Positions 35,802-46,046 of a DNA stretch of 64,000 bases are shown one piece after another (position 1 is the first letter of the stretch; each line of letters opens with the position of its first letter). The notes under the pieces were generated by a model. It made no database searches and had not been told where the DNA came from. It was given only the letters and a program-made list of their open reading frames with translations. The position numbers were made by a program, and so were the translations under genes. The DNA is from a phage. The stretch is taken from the NCBI GenBank assembly GCA_025677605.1, contig GCA_025677605.1_4110.1. One strand, 5' to 3'.

Positions 35802-36355
35802 TGGATTGCCTTAATATGTTCAATCATTGCCTTGGAGTTAGTACTCATGTACTCAAATATATCATCATTCATGAGTTCTGTCAAGTTCAATTCAACCGTA
35901 CATCCATCTGGTAAGTTCTTCTGACAGAACGGAGCCAGTACTGCACCGTACAGTACATACGGATCATCAATAATTAAACTCTTCTGGAAGCAATCACAAT
36001 CCATATCTTCTTCATTATCGAAGTAAGTACTGATATCTATTGCAGTACTATCTTTACACATCAACTCTACATCACCTTTTTTAATTACTACACGCTTTGT
36101 CTTGGTATTGCGTAATCGGGTGTATTCTTTTATGTGTCGTTGTTGTGTATTGATTTCAATGATATCTTTGTGGTTGTACGTTATTGTGAAGTGCATATCA
36201 TTATTCAAATCACCACTCAGAAAAAAATTAAGATCTCTTAGTACAGTGTGATTGACTTTAATGTATTCACCTTCACGAATTAAACTCAGTGCAGCTACAC
36301 AATCTTCAATAAACTTCTCAAGGAACTTCCCTCTATAGTAAAGACTATATTTCAT
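35795..36355 (-). CDS. family B (FQxS) protein
   Basis: MDCDCFQKSLIID. Confidence 0.65.
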   Translation of the reverse strand: MKYSLYYRGKFLEKFIEDCVAALSLIREGEYIKVNHTVLRDLNFFLSGDLNNDMHFTITYNHKDIIEINTQQRHIKEYTRLRNTKTKRVVIKKGDVELMCKDSTAIDISTYFDNEEDMDCDCFQKSLIIDDPYVLYGAVLAPFCQKNLPDGCTVELNLTELMNDDIFEYMSTNSKAMIEHIKAIQC

Positions 36356-36930
36356 GAGAACTCCCCAGTATTGTTGATAAGACTGTCCAGACCTTCATGA
36401 ATTCTTTTAAATTCACTACGTTTAAAACGATGAACAATTTGTTGTAATGGACAGTATTTGTCTTTCTTATCCAGTTCATGATTGACGATTGTACTGAAAA
36501 GTAATAAATCCAATTCGTTAGTACTGTACATAGTACTTAACTGGAATAGTTCTTCTTCTATAGTACTACTGTTAAGATTAATCTTTGGAATTTTTTTACC
36601 TGAAATAACAATCCCTGCAAATTCACTTGTCCCTGGAACTTCAGCATTTCCTCCAATAATATAATCGTAGTTAATGTACCCATCGTTATTGGTTAAATCT
36701 TCTTTATTGTACTTAATTATCAGAAAGACACGTAGATCATTCATCGAAACTACTGCATGATCATACATACCTTCCTGGTCTTTAGTAATCGCCAAACGCA
36801 TATATGGGAGATTAAATGTCTTTTTAGTTTTACATAAATCACTATTAAGAATAGCATTCACTTTCAAAACCATCTTAGTGTAATATTGATACTCTTCGGA
36901 CATGTAATTATAAAGATTTGAGAAAGGCAT
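36352..36930 (-). CDS. family B (FQxS) protein
   Basis: IEEELFQLSTMYS. GGAGGA SD before the ATG at 36930. Confidence 0.65.
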   Translation of the reverse strand: MPFSNLYNYMSEEYQYYTKMVLKVNAILNSDLCKTKKTFNLPYMRLAITKDQEGMYDHAVVSMNDLRVFLIIKYNKEDLTNNDGYINYDYIIGGNAEVPGTSEFAGIVISGKKIPKINLNSSTIEEELFQLSTMYSTNELDLLLFSTIVNHELDKKDKYCPLQQIVHRFKRSEFKRIHEGLDSLINNTGEFS

Positions 36931-37480
36931 TTAATTCCTCCAATAATTCTTCTTGTGTTTCAGTACTTTCATTGTATAAATTATTGAAAGCGGAACACTC
37001 CCCACTACCAAGTTGCATTGATAGTTGATATACAAAATCAGCTTTAGCTATCATATCATAACCAGGAAGCAACGACAACTGGAAAAGATATGCTTCTCGC
37101 TCTTCTGGATTTTGTAGCTCAGGTGCAATATGAAGATATTCTTCATCATCATAATAATCATCGTACAAATTTCTGACGATTAATTCGTTAGTTTCTTTGA
37201 GTTTATTCACAGTAAGACTACAATCAGAAACTGAACCCAAAAATTTACTCTCTCTGCCTGATGCCACATAAGAAGCATCAACTGACCATATATTTTTGGT
37301 TTTATGTTGAATGCAGTGTTGTATTTGGATATTAGCATAACGATACAAAGTACTGCAATCAAAAACTAATCGGTACATTGGATTGTTGAAGTAATGAAAA
37401 ATATTCTCTGTTCTTTTTTGTTCATCTAACTTATGAGTAAGTTCTTCTAGTACTTTAAAAATATCAATTAGTGTTTTCAT
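36908..37480 (-). CDS. family B (FQxS) protein
   Basis: EREAYLFQLSLLPG. Confidence 0.65.
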   Translation of the reverse strand: MKTLIDIFKVLEELTHKLDEQKRTENIFHYFNNPMYRLVFDCSTLYRYANIQIQHCIQHKTKNIWSVDASYVASGRESKFLGSVSDCSLTVNKLKETNELIVRNLYDDYYDDEEYLHIAPELQNPEEREAYLFQLSLLPGYDMIAKADFVYQLSMQLGSGECSAFNNLYNESTETQEELLEELNAFLKSL

Positions 37481-38018
37481 GTTCTTTTCTCGTTTGTGCG
37501 TAGTTTTTCAAGTCCTTGAGTAATACTACTAATTGATCATCAGTGAGTAATGATGCTGTTGCACTATATGACATATAATAATTATTGAGATTGAAATCAA
37601 ATTTATAGTTACGTGCTAAAGCTTCAATCGTAAGTGCATCAGTGATTAATTTATCGTGAGTTACAGAACTCTGGAAATTTTGTTCTTCTAAATTCTCAGT
37701 ACTGAACAACGCAATAGGATCATATGATGGTTCTTTGTAATCCACTGCCTCTTTCATTCGAGGATTACGTGAAATAAAAGCCCAAGAACTGTCATATGAA
37801 AAATCAACAACACAGTCTTCCTCATCACCTTCATGTGGGTAAACGCACAGAATAGTTTTATTTTCTTCTGTGAACATCTGCTGCGTTGCAATACCCTCTC
37901 CTGTGTATTCAATTTCATAATCGAAACCGATTCTTAATTTACGTCCCTGTGAATTACACGTTTCAAGAAGTTTTCCCAGTTCGTTGTAAATTTGTAAGAT
38001 TAATAGGTAATTGTCCAT
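37464..38018 (-). CDS. family B (FQxS) protein (start trimmed)
   Basis: LEEQNFQSSVTHD. The ATG at 38018 (MDNYLLILQIY) is preceded by GAGGA. The ORF-track extension to 38075 runs through the MCP terminator hairpin. Confidence 0.65.
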   Translation of the reverse strand: MDNYLLILQIYNELGKLLETCNSQGRKLRIGFDYEIEYTGEGIATQQMFTEENKTILCVYPHEGDEEDCVVDFSYDSSWAFISRNPRMKEAVDYKEPSYDPIALFSTENLEEQNFQSSVTHDKLITDALTIEALARNYKFDFNLNNYYMSYSATASLLTDDQLVVLLKDLKNYAQTRKEHENTN

Positions 38019-38054
38019 ATGATATCCTCGGTTAAATAATATTAAAATAATAGC

Positions 38055-38087
38055 AAAGAAAAAAGCCAGAGTCAATACCCTGGCTTT
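38055..38087 (-). terminator. intrinsic terminator after the MCP gene
   Basis: Minus strand reads AAAGCCAG-GGTATTGACT-CTGGCTTT followed by TTTCTTTGC (a continuous U-rich tail). Confidence 0.8.
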
Positions 38088-38091
38088 AAAA

Positions 38092-39504
38092 TTATTTCAC
38101 GTTAAAAATCGAAGTGGCTTTTTGTAAAGCATGTACTTCAGACTGTTGATTGTCTACCATCATCATTGTGTCCTTGACATGCTCCGCATTTTGCTGTACT
38201 GAACGGTCCATCATATTAACACTCTCGGTAACCTGAAGGATTGCAATGCTTTGTTGTTCAGCCATTATAGCTAAATCATCAATGAACTGCAAGAGAGAAT
38301 CAACATTTTTTACAATAGAATCAATATCACTTGCAGTTTCGTTGATTTGTTCTATTCCTTGGTTGTTGTTTTTTACAGAGTTATCAACGATTTCTTTAAT
38401 TTCTTTACTACATGCATCACATTTCATTGCTAAGTTACGAACTTCCTGTGCAACAACAGAGAATCCACGTCCATGTTCACCCGCTTTAGCAGCCTCAATA
38501 CTGGCATTTAAAGAAAGAATATTAGTCTGGAAAGCAATAGTTTCTATATTTTTGAGTATAGCAACTATAGCATTAGAATCTTCTTTAATTCTATCCATCT
38601 GCTCTTTGCAATTATTAATACTTTCAATTGCATTAGTACTGGATTCTTTTGTAGTTTTAACCATACTTTTTGCAGTATTGGAGTTATCAGATGTATTTGC
38701 AGATGTAGCACTTAATTCTTCCATAGCAGCAGCGATTTGAGTAAGTGCCTGTCCTTGTGTTTCAGTTCTGAAAGCTAAATCATTACTTTTACTTTCGAGA
38801 TGATAGGAGTTGCTTTTCATTGACTGAACTGTAATTTGTACTTGTTCAATTGCCTCACGCATAGCTGATATTGTTTTACTAAAAGTCTGTGCAAATTCTG
38901 AGTTGAAATGATTATTTTGTATTTCTAAAGTAATATTGCCGTCTTCAGAATTCACCGAATGGGCAATTCGTTGAATTTCATCTGCTTCATTTGCATCTTT
39001 CTCCATAATATACGCAACGTACATCAGAACTATTGCCTGTACTACTACATATATTGCGTGCTCTATAATGTGCCATAACGAAATATGGTGAAAAGAAAAC
39101 ACGAATAATATTGGAATTCCAGCACCCTGTAACAATCCAAATAATAAATGATGTATAGCAATCAGTACTGAACCTGCTAATACACAACGCCAGTCACGCC
39201 ATACAATCAATAAACTTAAAAAGACAAAAACTGTAAAGTGCCATTCCACCATCCCTAAGCCAAGATGTATTAGTAACGCACTCCAGCACATCACATTTAT
39301 ACTTAACAACGTTCGAGTGAACGCATTACTTTCAACAAATAGTAAAGGAGTTAGCATTACTAATAATAAAACTGCACCGATTAGTGCAATAATAAAACTA
39401 CCATGAACAACACCGGAAACTAAAGTAACAGCAAATAAAGCCCCTATACAACATAGTACTAAATTATCGGCTTTTTTGCGTATATTTTCTAAATTACTTT
39501 TCAA
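38092..39504 (-). CDS. methyl-accepting chemotaxis protein (multi-TM N-terminal module plus MCP signalling domain)
   Basis: The near-invariant MCP hairpin-tip sequence is present: [37 protein letters not shown]. There is a methylation-helix-like segment, [19 protein letters not shown]. The N-terminal 170 aa or so has about 6 hydrophobic helices carrying His residues ([31 protein letters not shown]). No obvious HAMP domain. Confidence 0.9.
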   Translation of the reverse strand: MKSNLENIRKKADNLVLCCIGALFAVTLVSGVVHGSFIIALIGAVLLLVMLTPLLFVESNAFTRTLLSINVMCWSALLIHLGLGMVEWHFTVFVFLSLLIVWRDWRCVLAGSVLIAIHHLLFGLLQGAGIPILFVFSFHHISLWHIIEHAIYVVVQAIVLMYVAYIMEKDANEADEIQRIAHSVNSEDGNITLEIQNNHFNSEFAQTFSKTISAMREAIEQVQITVQSMKSNSYHLESKSNDLAFRTETQGQALTQIAAAMEELSATSANTSDNSNTAKSMVKTTKESSTNAIESINNCKEQMDRIKEDSNAIVAILKNIETIAFQTNILSLNASIEAAKAGEHGRGFSVVAQEVRNLAMKCDACSKEIKEIVDNSVKNNNQGIEQINETASDIDSIVKNVDSLLQFIDDLAIMAEQQSIAILQVTESVNMMDRSVQQNAEHVKDTMMMVDNQQSEVHALQKATSIFNVK

Positions 39505-40049
39505 CGTACTTCTCCATAATTTAAATTATCATCAATATATTTTTTTAATAACAAATGCATTTTCTCTAGTTCCTCTTGGCTTTTGGTAAGTAACTTGTCC
39601 ATAATTGTAATTTCATAATGATCTTCTAATAACCTAAGTAATTTATAACCCATTTCTAGCTTATTATAAGTTAATTGATCATATGACATAGCAGCCATGA
39701 ACATTTGTTCTTTGAAAGTGTTTGAATCAATTTTAGCTACAGCTAACTTCTCGTCATCTTCATAAGAATGTTTTACCAGTATCTTAGTGTAGCGTGATAC
39801 ATTATATAGACGAATTTCACTATCTCCGCGTAGAATTTCCATCTTGTATTCTTGTCTACGTTGTGTTGCATTAATGATCTTTACGACATAACCTAAACCA
39901 CTAATGAACAATGTAATATTAGAATATACTGATGGAGATTCTTTTGGGTTGATATTTAATTCACCTAACTCAAAATTAACAGTCTTATTATCAGGACTGT
40001 TTTTAAAAATATAAATCATGCATTCAATAATATTTACAATGCTATCCAT
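39501..40049 (-). CDS. family B-like protein (degenerate core), translationally coupled to the MCP gene
   Basis: [15 protein letters not shown] sits at the position of the FQxS core. The junction with the MCP gene is a 4-nt overlap. Confidence 0.55.
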   Translation of the reverse strand: MDSIVNIIECMIYIFKNSPDNKTVNFELGELNINPKESPSVYSNITLFISGLGYVVKIINATQRRQEYKMEILRGDSEIRLYNVSRYTKILVKHSYEDDEKLAVAKIDSNTFKEQMFMAAMSYDQLTYNKLEMGYKLLRLLEDHYEITIMDKLLTKSQEELEKMHLLLKKYIDDNLNYGEVR

Positions 40050-40080
40050 AAAATACGCTCTCTTTTAAATAGGTTACAAT

Positions 40081-40109
40081 ATTCTAACACTCTACATTAC
40101 TAATGTCAA
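40081..40109 (-). promoter_or_regulatory. sigma70-type promoter TTGACA-N17-TAGAAT
   Basis: Read on the minus strand in the 82-nt gap upstream of 39501..40049, immediately downstream of a terminator. Confidence 0.65.
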
Positions 40110-40116
40110 CCTATAA

Positions 40117-40143
40117 ACGAAAAAAGACCCATCAGGGTCTTTT
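40117..40143 (-). terminator. intrinsic terminator overlapping the stop of 40132..40683
   Basis: Minus strand reads AAAGACCC-TGAT-GGGTCTTT followed by TTTCGTTT. The TGA stop lies in the loop. Confidence 0.8.
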
Positions 40144-40683
40144 AAATGCTCGTAAGTCTCTCAGAATGTTTGGTAGAGTGCCTTGTTCCATTACAGAATT
40201 CAGTACATTAAGATCCATTGTAAGATAGAAACCATCAGGGATGTAATCACGCACTAACTTATCCAACTCAATGATATCCATTGTTAACTGATCATATAGA
40301 GTACTGTACTGGAAAAGCACCCCATCGTCAACATTTAAATCTATTAAGTTATCACCGTGATTGCATTGGCAAAAGTTATTAGCAAGATTTTTATGTTTAA
40401 TGCTGCTTATGTACACATATGGATAACGTGTGAGTACACGATTCTGTGCCTCCGAACAACCATCTGCAATTTCTTCATCTGATAACTCAGGGTGCAAAAG
40501 AAACAATGAACTATCACTAATGTACAAAGTACCTATAGAACCGTTTTTATTATTACTGTGTCGAATATAACATGAACCAAGATTTGATATAGGTTTTATA
40601 TCTTGTAGTACAATAGGAAAAAAGTTAATAATAACTTTAGATAGATCTTTTAGTACTGGGTTTATTGTTAATGGTAGACTCAT
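40132..40683 (-). CDS. family B (FQxS) protein
   Basis: DDGVLFQYSTLYD. Confidence 0.65.
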   Translation of the reverse strand: MSLPLTINPVLKDLSKVIINFFPIVLQDIKPISNLGSCYIRHSNNKNGSIGTLYISDSSLFLLHPELSDEEIADGCSEAQNRVLTRYPYVYISSIKHKNLANNFCQCNHGDNLIDLNVDDGVLFQYSTLYDQLTMDIIELDKLVRDYIPDGFYLTMDLNVLNSVMEQGTLPNILRDLRAFKRP

Positions 40684-41312
40684 TTCATTATCCTTGAACC
40701 GCCTATATAGGTATCGTTAAAATAATTATCATTTTCAAACGCCATGTTATTCAAATCAGCAAGGTCATCGAAGTAACCGCCTTCAATACATATTTCTTTG
40801 AATACGTCACTGTACTTGAATAAATTTACTAAACTAAAGGTAATGTCTGCTCTTTGAACTTTAGTACATTTAAGGTGCTCATGTAGATATGGGAAAACAA
40901 TAGTATATAATAAATCATTCGGTTCATATATTAAACTATTTTGAAAGAATGATTCTTCTGAATAATCCATAACATTGAGGTTCAATCTAAGTACCTCATT
41001 ACTATCCAGTACTAATGTTTTATCTGACAAATCGAAGTTCAAGCAGTGCGTATAAAATGGTCCCAAATTACCAACTCTATTTTTATCTAAACCACTAGGA
41101 CTGAAATCAAGCCATACTTCATTCAACTCACTATCATCTGATTCTATGTACTCAAGAACATTGTTATGAAAACGCATGTCATAACATTCAAGGAACTTAT
41201 CATCCTTCAGACGTGGTAATATGTCCGTTAATGCTCGTGCATACGCAATGCAGTGCTTATACTCTAGGCGATGAAAAACGTACTTTGAAATTGGTTTTCT
41301 TTTTGTACTCAT
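40680..41312 (-). CDS. family B (FQxS) protein
   Basis: SEESFFQNSLIYE. Confidence 0.65.
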   Translation of the reverse strand: MSTKRKPISKYVFHRLEYKHCIAYARALTDILPRLKDDKFLECYDMRFHNNVLEYIESDDSELNEVWLDFSPSGLDKNRVGNLGPFYTHCLNFDLSDKTLVLDSNEVLRLNLNVMDYSEESFFQNSLIYEPNDLLYTIVFPYLHEHLKCTKVQRADITFSLVNLFKYSDVFKEICIEGGYFDDLADLNNMAFENDNYFNDTYIGGSRIMK

Positions 41313-41316
41313 TCAA

Positions 41317-41931
41317 TTAATCTCCAATTGTACATATGTTTTCTTCAGTAATACTTTTTAATTTAAGTAATAAACCATCCCAGTCCTGTTCTTTGAATAT
41401 TTCAGGTTCTAATTTGATATACTTTGTTAATGGTAATTTAGGGGATAGATTTTTACAAAATTTAATAGCATCAATAACACAGGCGTTGTGAATTAATGAG
41501 TACTGAAACAATGTTTCGTCGAGTACATCATCATCTGGAATATCCAGAAATTCAGGTTCATGTGTTGTGACATAGTATTCTTCTTCTTCATCCATATCAA
41601 TGTAGACTTTATTAAGATAATTAAGTCCAGATGAACTAATAAAAATACCATCGCTTCTTGAGATACAAATATAAGAACTGGGCATATATATATCTAAATC
41701 TCTTTCTCTGTTGTGGTCGGTCAATTCTGTTCTTACGCAGATGATAGCTTTACAATTTTCATCCATTAAATCAAACCATTTGTCACCACGGTCAAATTTG
41801 TATGTAGAATTTTGTTCAGTACTGGTATGAAATGAAATAACACGATTTGTTAGACGCCATGCAAATTCATGAATACGAATTAGTTCTAAACTTATCTGAC
41901 TAATTTTATCTATTGTTTCGTTTGTCAGCAT
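41317..41931 (-). CDS. family B (FQxS) protein
   Basis: LDETLFQYSLIHN. Confidence 0.65.
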   Translation of the reverse strand: MLTNETIDKISQISLELIRIHEFAWRLTNRVISFHTSTEQNSTYKFDRGDKWFDLMDENCKAIICVRTELTDHNRERDLDIYMPSSYICISRSDGIFISSSGLNYLNKVYIDMDEEEEYYVTTHEPEFLDIPDDDVLDETLFQYSLIHNACVIDAIKFCKNLSPKLPLTKYIKLEPEIFKEQDWDGLLLKLKSITEENICTIGD

Positions 41932-42412
41932 TTTTTAAAATCCTTACTTGTTTAATAAAGTGCTTCATTGAAGCAAATTCAAAACTAATTCTCTGAAACT
42001 CACTATATTTTTTAAAGTACGATAGAATAAACATAGCTTTAAGTTCAGAGTCATTGTAAATTAATGAATTTTGGAAATAATTTTCATCCGTTAAATCCGT
42101 AATGTACGGAAGTATATGATTAATAAATTGGGCTTTTCCTCTTTGGTGTGAAATATATTTTATATCAGAACCATCTGAACGAAATAGAATATAGTCTGTT
42201 TTACCTTTCTCAAACATAGAATGAGCCAGACGATCTTCAGCTTTAGTATGAAAATATATACTATGAGCACCGTGACGAATATTGAAAGACGATTCAGTAC
42301 TGTGATGGATAGCGAAATATCTATGCAAATTAACTTCATTAACGTACAAATAAGTTATTGTATCAAGACAATCCTTTGCGAACTTTATTAGTTCTGATAG
42401 TTTCCTCGACAT
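41906..42412 (-). CDS. family B (FQxS) protein
   Basis: TDENYFQNSLIYN. Confidence 0.65.
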   Translation of the reverse strand: MSRKLSELIKFAKDCLDTITYLYVNEVNLHRYFAIHHSTESSFNIRHGAHSIYFHTKAEDRLAHSMFEKGKTDYILFRSDGSDIKYISHQRGKAQFINHILPYITDLTDENYFQNSLIYNDSELKAMFILSYFKKYSEFQRISFEFASMKHFIKQVRILKNADKRNNR

Positions 42413-42421
42413 ATAGCACCT

Positions 42422-42892
42422 TTATAAATGTTCCAAAAATGTATTAAAGAAATCCAAATCAATATAAAAGGAATTAAGTCCTTCGCTTCTTAAGTATGTT
42501 ACAATCACAGATAGTAAAAGTATATTACTTGTATATAATAATGAGTTTTGAAAGTACATCTCTTCATTACATATTTCAATATATGAAGGTAATACTTTAA
42601 AATCACTGTCATGAACACAAATTTTATCAAGGTATGAATGGTACTGAATATAATAGTAATCAAAGCTCATGAATGATTCATTATCACACACTGATTCCCC
42701 TATGTTTAAAACTTCAGTACCAGCGTAATACCATGCATTATGAGTATTTGATTTTTCAAACACTTTGTCAAATTTACCATTATTACCAGCATGATAAATC
42801 TTCATCAAAATCTTTGCAAAATCAATACACGCCGCATATGAATCGTATCGGATAACGTGACCATCCAGTACTAACTCGTCGGATTCTATCAT
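42422..42892 (-). CDS. family B (FQxS) protein
   Basis: CNEEMYFQNSLLYT. C-terminal SFYIDLDFF. Confidence 0.65.
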   Translation of the reverse strand: MIESDELVLDGHVIRYDSYAACIDFAKILMKIYHAGNNGKFDKVFEKSNTHNAWYYAGTEVLNIGESVCDNESFMSFDYYYIQYHSYLDKICVHDSDFKVLPSYIEICNEEMYFQNSLLYTSNILLLSVIVTYLRSEGLNSFYIDLDFFNTFLEHL

Positions 42893-43371
42893 AGAGAAAG
42901 TTCCTCTGCAAGTAATTCCTCAATAAGTTCAAGATGTACTAAATCCAGATAGAAAGCACTGGCATTTACACTATTGAGATATGAATACAACATTATAGCA
43001 CGAACTGTTTCTTCTGTATAGATCAAAGATAACTGAAAGTGCGTCTCTTCAGTAGGCTTATAAGAACCTATATTATCAAGTACAATTGTCTCTTCCTCCC
43101 ATTGGAAGTAACATACAAGTGTATTCCCTGGGGTAAAGGTCATGTACAAATCCATTAGATTGTATTCTGAATCATCATAAATCGTAGCGTAGATGGCCTC
43201 TCTTTTGGATTTGAATGTAGGTAGTTTTATGACAAATGAACTTTTATCACAGCTTTTAATCTTATCGACATATGAACGCTTTTGGAACTCAGTACTTTCC
43301 ATTATAAGATGAATTTTGTAAATCTTTTTTGCAAAATCAATATCTTCCTGGAATGTCATTAATCTCTCCAT
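42889..43371 (-). CDS. family B (FQxS) protein
   Basis: TEETHFQLSLIYT. C-terminal AFYLDLVHL. Confidence 0.65.
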   Translation of the reverse strand: MERLMTFQEDIDFAKKIYKIHLIMESTEFQKRSYVDKIKSCDKSSFVIKLPTFKSKREAIYATIYDDSEYNLMDLYMTFTPGNTLVCYFQWEEETIVLDNIGSYKPTEETHFQLSLIYTEETVRAIMLYSYLNSVNASAFYLDLVHLELIEELLAEELSL

Positions 43372-43790
43372 TTTTTTCCTGGGAAATGCTTATCGTAGAA
43401 CTCATCATCACTAAGCATATAATCAGGAATTTCTCTTTCGATCTTTAAAAACTCTACATTAGTTGAAAAATATTCAGGGCTAGACTTAGGCACAAAGTCC
43501 ATTAAACCCTCCTGAATCTTCTTGAGAAGGTCAATATCACCACGGTAAGGACATACTAAGCTGTACTGAAATAGCTCGTCAGGTGGCATTACAGCGAGAT
43601 TCTCAATGTCATATTGTGAGTTATCTTTGTGAGAATAGATATAGAATTTATTCTCCGGTACTGGTTGTGTTACTTTAGAATAATACAATTCGTTATTATC
43701 ATCCAGCATTACACTATGAGTGCAACCATACGTTTGAAATCTTGTATTAAGTAAAGCCTTTGATTTAACTTTTATAATTTCAAAATACAT
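43359..43790 (-). CDS. family B (FQxS) protein
   Basis: PPDELFQYSLVCP. Confidence 0.65.
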   Translation of the reverse strand: MYFEIIKVKSKALLNTRFQTYGCTHSVMLDDNNELYYSKVTQPVPENKFYIYSHKDNSQYDIENLAVMPPDELFQYSLVCPYRGDIDLLKKIQEGLMDFVPKSSPEYFSTNVEFLKIEREIPDYMLSDDEFYDKHFPGKKWRD

Positions 43791-44128
43791 TAATCCACCT
43801 CAAGTGTAAATTTGTGCATCATAAATGATTTAACCAGAAATAAATCTTTGTGTTTTAGTTTCTGAAGAGACTCCAACAAAATATTCTGTACATCTAATAA
43901 TTCGTATACATCATATTCAAATGCAGTGCTCATTTGAAATAGTTCTTCTTCACTTAAATTGTAAAGAAGTTCCAAATTCGTATCTTTATGTTTAGTAGAA
44001 ATAAAAGATACAATGGATTCATCCTCTTCTACAGAGAAGATAACCCAATGTCCAGCCTTGCATTCTTTTTGGACAATAAAAATTTCATCACCATCGTGCA
44101 TGTACTCAATATCAACTACTTTTCCCAT
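43790..44128 (-). CDS. family B (FQxS) protein, short form
   Basis: SEEELFQMSTAFE. 112 aa. Confidence 0.65.
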   Translation of the reverse strand: MGKVVDIEYMHDGDEIFIVQKECKAGHWVIFSVEEDESIVSFISTKHKDTNLELLYNLSEEELFQMSTAFEYDVYELLDVQNILLESLQKLKHKDLFLVKSFMMHKFTLEVD

Positions 44129-44615
44129 TTAGATATCCCTTGCATACTTCAAAATCATTCAAATCAAAATAGAAGTCAGTTTCAATTTCATGCTTATATC
44201 GGAGAAAACCGTAGAGTGTTATGACATTCAATACCAACATATTCATAGTAGTACTGAACTGAAAGTAATCTTCTTCAGAAATTAGTTTTACATCTTCTTC
44301 CTTGATACTACTCTTTTTATTACGACCATTTTCATCACGTAAATCTACTACAACTTCACCTTCTTTTGAGTAAGATAGGTAATTCATGCCTACACTATAT
44401 TCACTATCATCAAATGATTCACAGAAGATTTCCATCATTTCGCCTGATTTCTGTGTATATGTTAAACAACTTTTCCTATCCCTGTTAAGACTCTTTTTTC
44501 GAGAATACATTGAACCAAATGCTGTAGTATTGTTCTTGAATTCATCATAGATTTCGTAGATATCTTTTGCGTACTGTTCAATCTCATCGTAATTAAGTTT
44601 GCTAATATCAGGCAT
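44112..44615 (-). CDS. family B (FQxS) protein
   Basis: SEEDYFQFSTTMN. C-terminal DFYFDLNDF. Confidence 0.65.
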   Translation of the reverse strand: MPDISKLNYDEIEQYAKDIYEIYDEFKNNTTAFGSMYSRKKSLNRDRKSCLTYTQKSGEMMEIFCESFDDSEYSVGMNYLSYSKEGEVVVDLRDENGRNKKSSIKEEDVKLISEEDYFQFSTTMNMLVLNVITLYGFLRYKHEIETDFYFDLNDFEVCKGYLNGKSS

Positions 44616-45112
44616 TACAATTCTCCTACACGATTAATATGATCCAACATGATATCATAATCACTAAGGTCAAAGTAAAATTGGGCATCTGGTGGTAATT
44701 TTTTATGCAATTCAGATATTGCAGTTAATGCAAAAACCACATCTTCTGAATAGATTGTGCAGTACTGAAAGTATTCACACTCATCATTGATATCAATGAG
44801 ATCTATCTCTTCGCACTCCAAAAATTCTTTATAAAAACGAAGAGTACCTTTCGCTTTCGCATTGAATCCAAAGAATGACGAACCAAGAATTCTGACATTA
44901 TTATGTGCTTCAACTTTGCTGTATAACATATGCATACGAAATGACAGGATACTGGATACCTGTACTGTATCGGTAAACATTTCACCACTTTTGGGGTCCA
45001 CATATGTAACGTCAAAATTAGTTTCAACATCTCTTAAAAAGTTATGAATGCGAATTAAATTGTCTGCAAAAGTTATAGCATTACTGTATGAGAGTTCAGG
45101 ATTGAATTGCAT
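44615..45112 (-). CDS. family B (FQxS) protein
   Basis: NDECEYFQYCTIYS. C-terminal QFYFDLSDY. Confidence 0.65.
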   Translation of the reverse strand: MQFNPELSYSNAITFADNLIRIHNFLRDVETNFDVTYVDPKSGEMFTDTVQVSSILSFRMHMLYSKVEAHNNVRILGSSFFGFNAKAKGTLRFYKEFLECEEIDLIDINDECEYFQYCTIYSEDVVFALTAISELHKKLPPDAQFYFDLSDYDIMLDHINRVGEL

Positions 45113-45143
45113 GATATGATCCTTTTCGTATTAGATGAAAAAG

Positions 45144-45172
45144 ATTATATCATGCACAGAAGGAGGTGTCAA
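45144..45172 (-). promoter_or_regulatory. perfect-consensus sigma70 promoter TTGACA-N17-TATAAT
   Basis: Read on the minus strand. The -35 overlaps the stop of 45169..45705. An AAGGA SD and the ATG of 44615..45112 follow about 30 nt downstream. Confidence 0.7.
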
Positions 45173-45705
45173 GATGGATTACGAACAAAATTCCAAATTA
45201 GATCGTAAAAAGTAAGGTCAACATAAAAAGGAGGGAAGTTATTCTGTTTAAGCCAAGAGAACATGAATTGTACACCAACTATGTACGGGTCGTCAACAGT
45301 ACTCATCTGAAAGAACAGTTCTTCGGTAAGTTCTTCTTCTATAAATGGTATAACAATGTCTGCCTCTTCATAAAAGAACTTTATTCTGTCATAGTCAGGT
45401 GAATAACTTAAAAAGCCACCGCTGTATTTTGGATCATATTCAGGGTCATTAAATTTGTTGATATTGAACATATCAACACTGTACCCGTCATCATCCAGAC
45501 CTCTTGAACGAATACTGAAGTAATCATAACTTGAATCAATAAATCTGTCAGATTTTACCCAAATAGAAGTCTCTCTGTTATTACAAATGAACTCATGGAT
45601 TTGCATAAGATCTTGAGCAGTACTGCGAGCGTGTTCAAAAGTGTCAACCTTTAAATGGTGAGTACCGTCCCAATCATCTTTCTCTATTCTGTCATAATCT
45701 AACAT
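45169..45705 (-). CDS. family B (FQxS) protein
   Basis: TEELFFQMSTVDD. C-terminal PFYVDLTFY. Confidence 0.65.
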   Translation of the reverse strand: MLDYDRIEKDDWDGTHHLKVDTFEHARSTAQDLMQIHEFICNNRETSIWVKSDRFIDSSYDYFSIRSRGLDDDGYSVDMFNINKFNDPEYDPKYSGGFLSYSPDYDRIKFFYEEADIVIPFIEEELTEELFFQMSTVDDPYIVGVQFMFSWLKQNNFPPFYVDLTFYDLIWNFVRNPS

Positions 45706-45707
45706 AA

Positions 45708-46046
45708 TTAAACCTCTTTGTATTGGACAATAAATTCCAGTTCTCTTTGTAGTTCACATGGATAGTTATTCATTATATCTTTCATTAGTTGTTGATACTT
45801 AAATAACTTTTCAATATCTACAATTCTATTATACTCCCATACTAATGATTCCTGAAATAACTCTTCTTCACTATAATCACTGTAATCAAAAATATGAAAT
45901 ACATCTCGTGCTAAATTATTAGTGATTATCTTGAACATATTCTTTTCATATGTAAGATAATAAAAATGTTCTTTCTTGTGGTTATAACCTAACTCAATCA
46001 TTACATAGTACTGATGTTTGGCTATAGTAACTTTAACTAAATCCAT
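45708..46046 (-). CDS. family B (FQxS) protein, short form
   Basis: SEEELFQESLVWE. 112 aa. Confidence 0.65.
   Translation of the reverse strand: MDLVKVTIAKHQYYVMIELGYNHKKEHFYYLTYEKNMFKIITNNLARDVFHIFDYSDYSEEELFQESLVWEYNRIVDIEKLFKYQQLMKDIMNNYPCELQRELEFIVQYKEV

Noticed and set aside
37464-38075. The long N-terminal extension of ORF 37464..38075 (MTLAFFFAIILILFNRGYH...), which looks like a signal or TM segment.
   Set aside because: The extension is the translation of the MCP terminator hairpin and U-tract. The downstream ATG at 38018 has a GAGGA SD and gives an N-terminus like its paralogues.
38092-38600. The MCP gene as evidence that the window is bacterial chromosome or prophage flank rather than phage.
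   Set aside because: It shares strand, AT-rich composition, AGTACT enrichment and a 4-nt overlap with a family-B-like phage gene. It is also flanked on both sides by the paralogue array, so it is embedded in the phage genome.
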